From positions 32,488,001-32,552,000 of the forward strand of contig NC_043003.1 of NCBI RefSeq assembly GCF_006345805.1: a stretch of 64,000 nucleotides of DNA, given 5' to 3'. The position numbers and the translations under genes were made by a program. Positions 28,136 through 40,750 of this stretch are shown in pieces (position 1 is the stretch's first letter; each line of letters starts with the position of its first letter). Source of the DNA: Octopus sinensis. Taxonomy: Eukaryota. Under the pieces are notes generated by a model. That model saw only the letters and a list, made by a program, of their open reading frames with translations, was not told the origin of the DNA and searched no databases.

Positions 28136-31100
28136 GTAATAATAATATTGTTAATTCATCATTAAATGTTGAGAATTGGATTGTGATTTAGGCAACCCCG
28201 AAATTATGAAGAGTAAAGCTGACATCCATATAATTCAAATTTGGTGTACATATTTTCAGGGTCAATAATATAAGTACCAGCTTTCACTCTTGAATTTCCT
28301 GGCCTTGTGGCTAAATTAGAAACAATATTTTTTTTATGAACTGGTGGTCTGAATTTTGGAAAAGATAAGACAGTTCAAACATTTATTAAAAAAATCGCGA
28401 GGAACAGCTATACAAATTCAGAGAGGATGTTCGAGGTAACCACTGTTTAAGTATAATCGAGGCATTCCTCCACTATTTACACCTTTTGGGAATAGGGTCA
28501 ATTTCGTCATAAGCTCCTTCTGTGTTAACGAAGCCTCTTAAATTCTCACAAGTTTTAGGAACAGCACCCTTAGTTTTCAATAGACCAATGATGTGGTCGC
28601 CTAGAATTTCGGCTCGCTAGTGGGTGCTTAGTGACCATCCCCTGTATCCTCTACAATTGGCACAGTATCTAATTTGCCTTCTTTTAGGGATAGCGACAAA
28701 AATGGTAATGCTTCTTTATCATTTCCAATTGTTTTGCAAGTCGGGCCATCCAAGATATGAGCATCTCTTTGCAACGAAGGAAGCACCGTTTCTTTTATCT
28801 CTGCTACTTTTCTCTCTTTGCTCCCTCCTATTATTTCCAATCTTCATACTCGACACTCTACTGCTTCAAATTTGTACCGGAGGAGGAATCTCCCTCTATG
28901 CCTCTCAATGCGTCAGACATAGCTGTCGGTGGCACATAAATATGATCCAGTTTGGTTTCTATGTTCTTTTATCTTCGGAACTGCAATGGTGAGGCTACCG
29001 AATAACCCAAGCATTCACATCACGGGAGATTTATTTCCGCTATGTCTCTTGTTATCTGCTGTCATTATCCTACTTTAGCATCCTCTGTTCTTCGAGGAAG
29101 AAGGATCTCAAGTGGCTTTTAATAACACGTGTGGCAACTGTTTCTCTTAACCTACTTCATCAATTAGATTATCCTTACCTTTCTACACTTTCATGGGTAT
29201 AACTTTGGGACAACCCTGTAGCTAATTTGTTTTGGGAGATAATCTGTTTAAGGAGCTCCAGACATACACCCACCTGGTTCACTATTCTTCCATCATGTTT
29301 GGCTGCTGAAGGGATATGACAAGCCAAGGGTTCACCTTCATGCCAATGTCTCTGGTTTTGATCTACATATTCTTATGACCCATGTGCTACGTTACCAGAT
29401 TGTGAACAAATGAATGGTGCTCGATCTCTTTTGGTTTTTTTGCACCAGTTTCGGTGTTAGAGGAAAACGTATAGCCTTCAGACGCCAACGAATTTCACCT
29501 CCAAATATTTTTTCAGTGGTATATTAACATCTACACACGCACAAACACTGGCACACACATACACACATACACACACACACACAAAATCTCACACACATAC
29601 ACACGCCACACCACATCACACCGCACGCTCACACCTCTCACACATACATGTAAAGATATTGTAATGTATGTACGTATGTATGTATGAAAAACAAGAAAAC
29701 AGGCACATGGCAAGGTAATTTACACCGAGTATAGAAAACAAGTATAAATAATAATATTGTAAACATATATTGCATGAAAACGAGCCACTTGGATGATACT
29801 CACATACAGACAATCAAGGAATTTCACACATCTTGTGTTTCTTTGTAGTGTATCCCAAACGAAATTCCTCTCTCCAGAAGTGATCTACGGTCGGTAAGGG
29901 CATGTCATATACGCCATGACCTCTACTCTTCCTCTGTTTCAACTATAATTATTCGAGTCATCGAGATCTATGGATGAACATACGTCACAAATGATAGCCA
30001 CAGCTTCTCTCCATCTAGAAATATACACAATTACTAAATACTTAATGCCTTGCTGAACATCATCAGCTTACCGAATCATTGTTGCATTGAATTGGCAGAT
30101 GGGCCACCTGACCAGCAAAGCGTTTTTATTCACACTAAGCAAAAGACACTTCAGTCTTGTAAGACGCTACCCAGATTAATGCACGTGTATCAGGTGGAGA
30201 TATTTCACGGAAGTGACATGAATGTTTACCATGTCAGATCGACCACTCCAAAAAAAGTTTCTTTTCAAAGATGAAACTGGATAACCTTTTCGAAATTTTG
30301 TTACAGTTCATCACCAACTGCAAGTTTGAACTGTACTAGGGTCCAGTCAAAGTAATTAAATATTTGGCCAAACCAAAGAGTTCCTTTGAAGAAACTATTA
30401 CACATTGTAACACGCTTTTTGTCCTTGGGTAACAACTATTATTTCCTTTCTGCTTACCCTTAGAAAATATGAAAAATTGCAAATATTTTCTTCAAACTTT
30501 GCCTTTGTTACTTTTATGAAGATTTCAAAGAATCCCACTCATTTTGCAGATTTTAAAGAAAAGCCCCCACCACTCCTACTCATCATCAGAGATACATATA
30601 TTGTCAGCCCCTAACGGACATTCACAAGTGGTTAAGGTTAAGCAACTGACAAGAAAATCTGTGGTATTGTGCAGAATATTTACTGTAACAATATTTCTGC
30701 GTCAGCATATCAGCTCTGAATCTGACATGTAATGGAAAATATGCCAGCTTTAGGCGGTAAAAATAGTGTGAAGAGAATAGTAGGCATTTCCTTTGATTTC
30801 TAGATAGAAGCAAATACGGAATAAAATTTACTGACCAATAAGTTAGTAATGGTTGCGATGGGAATATTGGTGGAGATGGTAGTAGTCGCTGTCATGATGT
30901 TGTGGTTATTGCGATGTTTGTGATGCTGGTAGCAGAGGATTGTCTTTTAGTTAGGGCAGCACATTTTTCAAATCTTCGTTGTTGACACGTAAGCTATTCA
31001 TGGACATCTTGCCCGCCAGCACATCACTTCACTTATCTGATCCGTCCCCAAATGAAATGTTTCAGAGACCAACGAAGGTTAGCAGCCTTTTTGATTCCCG

Positions 31101-31978
31101 TTGGACCCCTGACCAGTGTTGAAAGATGGACAATTTCATCTCATTCTCTTCGATGATCATCACAATTGGATGATTGTAAGGAGAGAAAGGTTATGCATTG
31201 GGATTTCGGCCACACATCGCCTCATCTCCAATTTCACACGACACATTTGATAGTCTTCTTTAAATATTTCCTTGTTCAGGGACACAAGTGTGATGTAAAA
31301 CAGCTTGGTGACGTTTGTGAATAAACTGTCATTAGTTACGCCAGCTCAATCGATAAAACTGCTGGTTTAGTGTTGCAGGCAGCAGATAGTCGCTCCTCGC
31401 TCTTTAGTTGTATTAGACGTACAGGTAATGTTCTTGTTGTTCTTCATTTTTCGTCGGCTCCTTTTTCACTTCCTCCTCCTTTTTCATCAGAACTTTCGTA
31501 CCTTAGCTCATATTTTTGTGTTGTGAGTTGGAAAATTTTTCAAGTTGGAAAATTTTTCAAGTTGGAAAATTAGTTAAGCTTGTGCACACTGGCTGTAATT
31601 CCTTACTCAACATGCTTTTTGCGTGAACATGTTAACATCTATTTTCCATTTTTTTATTTCCACATTAAAGCTACGTGCTAAACTATAATTTAGCTACGTG
31701 CTAAACTATGATTCGTATTTCAACGCAACCAGTGTGCATTTTATTATTGCCCACGACAATTCCCGCTTAACTAGCTAATTATTCTAGTCTCCGTGGATTT
31801 TCAATGTAAAATTCTCATTTAGGCTATTGTTGGTTTGGGGGTCTCTACAGAGTTAATCTATATAACATTAAAAAATTATGTTGGAGGAGTATTTAGTAGA
31901 CGTTGTTGTTATTATTGCTGATAGGGTTTTTTTTCTGTTGATATTGATGTTTTTATGTTGTCATTATTTGGTCATTGT

Positions 31979-32108
31979 AAGGCGGCGAGCTGGCAGAATC
32001 GTTAGCACAGTGAACAAAAATACTTCGCAGCATTTCGCACATCGTTACGTTCTGAGTTTAAATTCCGTCGAGGTCGACTTTACCTTTCATCCTTTCGGGA
32101 TCAATAAC
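31979..32108 (+). mobile_element. SINE family A, 3'-truncated
   Basis: aggcggcgagctggcagaatcgttagcac...gaggtcgactttacctttcatcctttcggg. Confidence 0.85.
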
Positions 32109-32425
32109 AAGTTAAGGCTAGATATCCAGTGCCAATATAGATAACATGTTTAGGGATATGGGAGTGCTACCGTCACAAGTGCAAGCAAAACATCTTCAAA
32201 GTGTTTGATCTGCATATCTAGTTTTATACGAGTGGCCTCCTAAAGATTTGCGCTAACAAATTTTAAAACTGACGGACAGGTGGTCAAACAGACAGACAGA
32301 CAGACAGATACAAAGAAAGATATATACAGTAGGTATTTCACACGCAGATATATTTCTCACGTCATAAGAATTTAGAAACTTCGGGAGAACGAGAAATAAT
32401 TCGCATATATATATATACACTCACA

Positions 32426-32668
32426 CACAGGGTGCGGCAGAAAGGTTACCCCGATTTCAAAAGTTAATAAAAATCAAACATGAATATACAAGAAAAAACA
32501 AACTCTTCAACAACAAATGTACGATGTTGTCCACTCCAGGCTATGGCGGGTACTACCTGAAACAGAAAAAAAATGGCATTTAATGACCTTCATATAAATA
32601 CAAAGTTTTTCGTGCATCTTCATGTGTTTGTTATTGAAATCGGGGCAACTTTTCTACTGCAACTTGTA
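32426..32668. mobile_element. Tc1/mariner-type MITE
   Basis: 35-bp TIRs (32426-32460 and 32634-32668, 28/35) beginning (t/c)acagggtg, in TA-rich flanks. Confidence 0.7.
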
Positions 32669-33723
32669 TATATTTAAAGGGCTTTTAATCCATTATTTAC
32701 ATGGTGTTATTTATAGTAGCTGTATGTACTTCGAGGTCAAGCGTTAAGACGAATTATTTCATGTTCTGTCGAATTCTTATGATGCAAGAAATGTGTGTGT
32801 GAGTGTGTATGTGTGTGAATGTGTGTGAATGTGTGTGCGTGTGTTTATTATATTTATCTATCTTTGTAGATGTCTATTTCTCTGTCTATTTATCCCCCAG
32901 TTTTAAAATTCTTTTCGACTGGGGCCCTTTTTTTCGCCTGATAGCTTATTCAGCTAGACTTGTTTCCAGTCAGCACAAACAAATTTTATAACAATTTTAA
33001 TTCCATTCTCAGTACTGAATTTCTTCATTAGTAAACATTCAGCTTTTATTGTTATACTTACTTTAGAATAATAACCATAAGTTAATATTCATATGCCTAT
33101 ATACCTATCTATTTCAATTTACTTGCCTCTCTATTTGCGTGAAGGTATAAGCGTAAATACGTGTGTGCGTGTTCGTGTGTATCAAAATGTGAAAATACTT
33201 GTCTGTGTGTATCCTGTGTTTGCCTGGCAATAGGAGAGTTAATTATATGTAAGGCTATATTTATACTGTATAAACCTATTCCACACTGAAATGTTTGTAA
33301 ACAAAATGTAAACAAAGCCAGTAATTAATTTATCAGACATTACGTGTTATAACTAAACATTTGAAATACTTAAACAATAGAAAATTAATAATATATATGG
33401 TTATCAGAATTTTGTGAAGGAAAAATATTGTCTCTGGATGTTTTTGTTATCTATTCATGTTTTTTTAATTCATAAATAGACAAACTGAATGATTTGGAGA
33501 CAATATGAATTTATATATATATATACTACTCATCTATCTATTTATTTGAATAATATAGACAGACGCATGCAGAAATGCATCATATTACTATGTCTGTATT
33601 ATGAATGTAGGTAGGTTGCGTGTATGAATTTATATTGTCTTATTCAGCTAATTTATTTTTGCCTATTCATAAAGAAAATAAAGAAATAGAGCTAGCTGTA
33701 TTTCCCGTGCAGGTTTCCTATCG

Positions 33724-33788
<65 letters not shown>

Positions 33789-33994
33789 TGTGTATGTGCG
33801 TGCGTGTGTATGGGTTTGTCTGTGTCTAAGTGTGTATGTGTATCGATATAATACGTGTATCACGGAACCTATTGCTATATGCTATTTCTATATTTTTGCG
33901 TTTATGTAGAGGCAAAAATAAATTAGTTTGTCAGGACAATATAAATGTATACACGCAACCTACCAACATGCATAATACAGATATAGTAACATGG

Positions 33995-34029
<35 letters not shown>

Positions 34030-34034
34030 GCGTA

Positions 34035-34147
<113 letters not shown>

Positions 34148-34357
34148 GTATGTGTAGGCTTCATCTCAGTCAAAGTATTTTGATAATAAAGGCATCACAA
34201 ATGAGTCAACACAAATTTCACATCTTGGTATTTTTATCGAACCAAATTTTAAAATTTTAATTATAAATTCACATGAAGAAAGCGTCTTCTTTTTTCTTTC
34301 ATGTGATGTAATCCGTTTATTCATCAAAAAACGCATCCTTATTTTCGTTCTTTCTTT

Positions 34358-34392
<35 letters not shown>

Positions 34393-34863
34393 AGTTCAGC
34401 AAAATTTAGATTCAAATGGATATGGTTCTTAAGTCAGATGCACCAGAATTTTGTACGGTGTTATCCATATAAATCCATGATTTGATTATAATCAAAATAA
34501 GCAACAAGAATATCTTCGGTAATTTGGTACGATTGTTTCACGCTACATCATTTTATTAAACATTGTAAGTATTACAACAGTTTTAAAATGTTGAGCAATC
34601 ATCAGCCATTTATAGAGGTTTTTCATCAGAGATGGTTGTGAACTTTGTTCTACGGAAACATATGAAATTTTAAAACATAGGAATAATACAAATTTGCTAA
34701 ATAACCCTTCTGAACTAGGAGTATCTTGCATACATCGCACAACCCGTACGTTTAAATATTTTAAATAATAATATTCTGACCATTCCTAAATTTTCAAATC
34801 CTAAATATTTATAACCAAATAAGAATGAATATACCATACTAGATTTTATTCCACATGCACACT

Positions 34864-34913
<50 letters not shown>

Positions 34914-34930
34914 TGTGTGTGTGTGGTGTG

Positions 34931-34961
<31 letters not shown>

Positions 34962-34989
34962 TGTGTGTGGTGTGTGTGTGACTTAAAAG

Positions 34990-36494
34990 TCATTTTCTTT
35001 TCATACAAAGATTTTGACTTTGGTCAACTGTATATTTTCCATTTTGATTGATGACCTTTTGCCGTCTTTCTGGCAACTTCATGATTCCGCACTTATATAA
35101 CTTCTGGTCCTTATCAGCCAAACACTGAAGCAAGTGCGATTTCAGATCATCATAATTTTTGAAAATTTTATCCTTCAAAGAATTTTGCAAACTTCGAAAT
35201 AAATGGTAGTCTGATGGTGCAAGGTCAGGGCTATATGATGGATGTGACATCATTTCCCAACCAAATTCCAATAATCTTTTAAGAGTTAGCCAAGACGTGT
35301 GTGCTCTAGCGCTGCCATAGTGGAACACAATTCCTTTACGATTTGCCAATTCTGGACGTTTTTCTTTGATTACTTCTTCCAGTTTCATACCATGGGTAGT
35401 AGTTGTTGAATCGGATATATGCGACAAATCAATTCTTGAAGAAATATAACAAACAGGAACAGGCATGGCTGTGTATTTAAGAAGCTCAATTTGTAGCTAC
35501 ATCGTCTCAAGTTCCCACCACTTTTCGACCGTTTTCCTACTGAAGTTTTGTTTACTTTCCCACAACCTTGCGTTTCGGCAAAAGACACCAATAGAACATG
35601 TACCCGTCTTTAAGAATAAGTATTGCGGTCGATTTGTCCTCCTAAAACCAGTTGACAGTAAACATCTGAACTGATCGTTTGGTTTCTTGGAAGCAGCTCA
35701 AAATACACATCACCTTTGTAATACCACTAAATTGACAGCATAACCTTGTTTTGATGCAACTCAACTTTCGATTTGGTTTATGCTGGTTCATAACGCTTGG
35801 ACAACGATCGTTCCCGATTCATGTTATTGTAGACGATCTATTTTTCATCACCAGTGATGATTCGGTCCAAAATAAGTTCGATTTCATTGCATTTTAGATG
35901 CATATCGCAAATATTGATTCGTTGGGTTACGTGAATCCCTTTCAATTTATGTTGAACCCAAATACTGAGCTTCTCAACGAGCCCAAGATATTTTAAGCGA
36001 TTTTCAATTGTTGTGCGCGACACATTTAACCTCTCTGCAATCTCTCGCACAGTTATATGACAATCAGATTCAATTATAGCTTTGATTCGGTCTTCATCAA
36101 CTTCAGTAGGTCAACCAGAACGTTGGTCATCTTTGAGTGAAAAATTTCCAGAACAGAATTCTTTAAACCATTTCTGACATGTGCGTTCTGTTAAGTAATC
36201 AACACCATGAATTTCACATATCTTTCTGTGGGCCTCAGATACCTTCTTGCTGTTATGGAAATAAAAAAAATACAAAATATGGCAAAAATGTTAATTTTTG
36301 CACTGCATATTAAAATTAACACTGAACTAACAGCAGCAAACAAAATTACACATAATTTGCTTCTAAAGTAAGCTAAAAGTAACGGTTATCAAACGTCAAA
36401 AGGAAAAAAAAGCATGACATTAACAAAAGTCATAAAAAAACTCGTACCTTTATCTATTTGCGAAAAATGAAATTACGTTATTGCCAACACAATA
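34990..36494 (-). mobile_element. Near full-length decayed mariner (mellifera-subfamily-like)
   Basis: ATG at 36308 (MQCKN*HFCHIL...), WVQHKL, ITGDEK and YSPDLAPSD. TIR-like tattgtgttggcaataacgtaatttc at 36469-36494. Confidence 0.9.
35458..35645 (+). mobile_element. Degenerate SINE family B inserted in the mariner transposase
   Basis: ggcatggctgtgt...gtttcggcaaaagacaccaataga...aagaataagt...ggtcgatttg interrupts the VYCQ/QLMKLEE region. Confidence 0.7.
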
Positions 36495-36526
36495 TATATA
36501 TTTTCTCTCTCTGCTTATTTCTGTGT

Positions 36527-36566
36527 TTCTTTCTGTTGAAGAGCGTAGGCTCGAAACGTAAAAGAA
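36527..36566 (+). ncRNA. Minimal type I hammerhead motif (A6U change, extra A after A9)
   Basis: TTCTTT-CTGTTGA-A-GAGC gtag GCTC-GAA-ACGT-A-AAAGAA; part of a 36500-36660 repeat that recurs at 62215-62390 (minus). Confidence 0.55.
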
Positions 36567-36668
36567 TTTCTCACTTCTCGAGCGTTAAACTAATACACCT
36601 GTTTGTTGTTTACACACCCGTCTTCGTCTTTTGTTTAATTTTTTTTGTAAATTCCAAATATATATGTG

Positions 36669-36697
<29 letters not shown>

Positions 36698-36699
<2 letters not shown>

Positions 36700-36782
36700 A
36701 TATACATATATATATATATACATATATGTATATATATATAGATAGATAGACAGACAGATATATATATATATATGTGCATATA

Positions 36783-36818
<36 letters not shown>

Positions 36819-37688
36819 TGTATGTATGTATGTATGTATGTATGTATGTATGTATGTGTATATATATGTTTAAAAATGCATATCGTAGTATTGTACAGAT
36901 TTGATTGTATTTACTTCTGCATAATTGCAGACACATACAGATGTCTATATGAGTGTATGTGCATATAAAACAAGCTAAACTTATAATGTTTTATACATAA
37001 TTGCACAGCTAATAATGGCTTTTAATTGAAATTTCTTAATTAGCTATTTGATTTCTAGTTTTGTGAAACGCAGTTTCTCATGTCTGGTGCTGAGATAGTT
37101 GGTTATATAACCAAATACTCCAATAATCACAGGTATTAATGTATATTTACCGTCCAGATAGCCTATCAGCAGACTTCTCATTAGTTCGGCATAGAAGTCT
37201 TATGTTTATTCTTATATTTAACATACTCCGTCTTTTCGCTGTCTCAGATCGATTGTTTGTATGTAATCTTCCTTATATAATTATTTGGATATTACCTTTA
37301 AGGGAGGAGCTAGTATATATTTATGTATCTGTTTTCAGATATATTTATGTATCTGTATGCAAGCATGGAAGTCATTCCATGTGTGATACAGTATGTTTAG
37401 ATTCATGAATATATACACATAGTAGGCGTAGGAGTGGCTGTGTGATAAGGAGCTTGCTTACGAAACTCATGGTTCCGGGTTCAGTCCCACTGCGTGGCAC
37501 CTTGGGTAAGTGTCTTCTACTATAGCCTCGAGCCGACCAAAACCTTGTGAGTGGATTTGGTAAACGGAAACTTAAAGAAGCCTGTCGTATATATGTATAT
37601 ACATATATATATTATATATATATATACATATATGTATATATATATAGATAGATAGACAGACAGATATATATATATATATGTGCATATA

Positions 37689-37724
<36 letters not shown>

Positions 37725-38508
37725 TGTATGTATGTATGTATGTATGTATGTATGTATGTATGTGTATATATATGTTTAAAAATGCATATCGTAGTATTGT
37801 ACAGTTTTGATTGTATTTACTTCTGCATAATTGCAGACACATACAGATGTCTATATGAGTGTATGTGCATATAAAACAAGCTAAACTTATAATGTTTTAC
37901 ACATAATTGCACAGCTAATAATGGCTTTTAATTGAAATTTCTTAATTAGCTATTTGATTTCTAGTTTTGTGAAACGCAGTTTCTCATGTCTGGTGCTGAG
38001 ATAGTTGGTTATATAACCAAATACTCCAATAATCACAGGTATTAATGTATATTTACCGTCCAGATAGCCTATCAGCAGACTTCTCATTAGTTCGGCATAG
38101 AAGTCTTATGTTTATTCTTATATTTAACATACTCCGTCTTTTCGCTGTCTCAGATCGATTGTTTGTATGTAATCTTCCTTATATAATTATTTGGATATTA
38201 CCTTTAAGGGAGGAGCTAGTATATATTTATGTATCTGTTTTCAGATATATTTATGTATCTGTATGCAAGCATGGAAGTCATTCCATGTGTGATACAGTAT
38301 GTTTAGATTCATGAATATATACACATAGTAGGCGTAGGAGTGGCTGTGTGATAAGGAGCTTGCTTACGAAACTCATGGTTCCGGGTTCAGTCCCACTGCG
38401 TGGCACCTTGGGTAAGTGTCTTCTACTATAGCCTCGAGCCGACCAAAACCTTGTGAGTGGATTTGGTAAACGGAAACTTAAAGAAGCCTGTCGTATATAT
38501 GTATATAC

Positions 38509-38518
<10 letters not shown>
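36698..38518. repeat. Tandem duplication, about 906-bp unit, nearly identical
   Basis: Identical ORFs at 37139 and 38045. I see only two substitutions outside the microsatellites. Junctions share GTATATACATATATATAT. Confidence 0.9.
37425..37590 (+). mobile_element. SINE family B 5' half (duplicated copy)
   Basis: ggcgtaggagtggctgtgtg...ggttccgggttcagtccc. Confidence 0.85.
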
Positions 38519-38562
<44 letters not shown>

Positions 38563-38763
38563 TTGTGTGTCTGTGTTTGTCCCCCAACATCGCTTGACAA
38601 TCGATGCTGGTGTGTTTACGTCCCCGTTACTTAGCGGTTCGGCAAAAAGAGACCGATAGAATAAGTACTAGGCTTACAAGGAATAAGTCCTAGGGTCGAT
38701 TTGCTCGACTAAGTGCGTTGCTACAGCATGGCCACAGTCAAATGACTGAAACAAGTAAAAGAG
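38331..38763 (+). mobile_element. SINE family B, full length
   Basis: Head as at 37425; tail cagcatggccacagtcaaatgactgaaacaagtaaaagag. Confidence 0.9.
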
Positions 38764-38780
38764 ACATACATGCACTTGTA

Positions 38781-38815
<35 letters not shown>

Positions 38816-40283
38816 TATGCTAAGCTTTTACATTGAGAATTCAATTTATGGTTTTTAACTGTAATGTCTTAATTCGCTGTATCCTTTCTGGGTTTAAGAA
38901 AAGCAGCTTCACATGTCTGATGCCGATACAGTCACTTTCATAACCAAGTAACCCCAATCATTACAGATATAAATGAATAGCAACGGTTCGGTTTAGATTT
39001 GTTCAGATATTTTCTTCTCTACCTGTTAACATTTTTAACTTGTTAACTTCTGCTAGACCACTTGATTTCTATTACTGCGCAAAATTGTATGCGGGTTTGT
39101 ATTTATGTATGTACGTATGCTAGCATTCGTGTACGTATGAAAATGTATATGTGTGGCTATGCACACTTGTATGAATATGTGTCTATATTCAATAAATTTG
39201 GAAGTATGAATCTAAAGCATCAGCATTAAAGATGACAGATGCTTTGGACACCTTGCTTTTCCAATATCAAATCGCATGGCATAATTCTTGCGAAGAATTG
39301 ATTTTTCCACTGTTTCTATGTGTAAGTTATGTCGATGAAAAGGCAGAGGAATCAAAATCCGATAGAATATGGCAAGTTACAGCACTCAATTTATGTCCTT
39401 TGGCGTCTAAATCTGGCACTTAGATTGTATTTGCATTTAGAAAAATCTGTCCATCTTTGTCTTCGTAATATGTGGAAGACAGGAATTCGAATATTTTTTT
39501 CAGCTGAGTCGATCAGTTTGATTATATCAGTAGATGTATATCTCTTTGCGGCAGAATCTGAGAGCTCGTATGTCTGTTTTTGTGTGTGGAAGAATGTGTG
39601 ATTTTCTTCGTTTTTATTGTTGTGCTTGTGTTCCTATGTGTGTATATCTTTTCCGATTACGTGCGCATTGCACATGTTTTGTATATGTCAGTATTTGTAC
39701 GTATGTTAGTACGCGCGTATTTCGTGTACTGATCCTTTTTTGCATGCTTTTAAGTGTTTATAAGAGTACGTGTGCGCATGAAAAGATATATATATATATA
39801 TTAGAAGAAATAAGGTACTCAGAAACCTTGATGGCTTTATATTTACAGATTATTATTAATATGTCACATGTTTTTATAAATCATATATTAGCGCTTGCAT
39901 CCACTCTAGTGGATCTTTATTTCTTCTAATATATAATACCTGTACATCATCTCCAAACCTTCTAATATATCTACTTACAAGAATTTACGATAAACAAGTT
40001 TATATAAATTATTCCTTCGTACGTTTCACCATCGTGGTCGTTTGAACACTGCAATCGATCTTCCAGTTACAATTGAATACATAACCACATTGTACATAGA
40101 AACAATTAATATCATCCTGTGTTTATCGTAATTTAACATTTTGCGTATATCATAACTAGTAACACTAATAAGTATAGTACTAGATTAACCACCATACTAG
40201 AATATGTTTGGCGGTGATGATCTACGTACAGTTCTGAACATAATAGTAGAAGCCGTACATCTATTTGTACACACAAGATACTC

Positions 40284-40329
<46 letters not shown>

Positions 40330-40750
40330 CTAGCATTAAAGACCCGTCGTTGCCGGATCATAGTGCTAGTGCATGTATATATATGTATATATATGTGTAC
40401 ATATTACATGTACATCTATATATATACATCTACACATAAAATGCAAAATACAAAGTTATATCTTGATATCGCTAGTGATAACAATACACAAAATATATAA
40501 CAGCCTGGAATGGTTTTATTATTACCCACAAGGGGCGAACATAGAGGGGACAATACAACCTGATGTGGGGTCAGATTCTCGGATGGAGTTACAAAAAAAG
40601 ATGAGATTAAAAATTCACAAAAATACAAAAAATATAAAATCGAATGAACAACAGACCGGAAGACATTACGGATGGAGTGGGGGCGGGTTTAGCTCGGACC
40701 CCACGAGCCCCGCCTCACCACTGATACTTTGGTTTCGTCTTGTTTTACAT

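Noticed and set aside
28400-29050. Possible L1 ORF1 relic on the minus strand (YVPP..., PF...VE...GH)
   Set aside because: Similarity is too weak to support without a profile search.
29800-31330. Possible piggyBac-like relic
   Set aside because: Only scattered motif hints, with no TTAA/TIR or catalytic triad recognisable.
31525-31572. Short tandem repeats (16-bp unit x3; also the ~10-bp unit at 60930-60985) as CRISPR-like arrays
   Set aside because: No unique spacers, no cas genes, and a eukaryotic context; these are simple slippage repeats.
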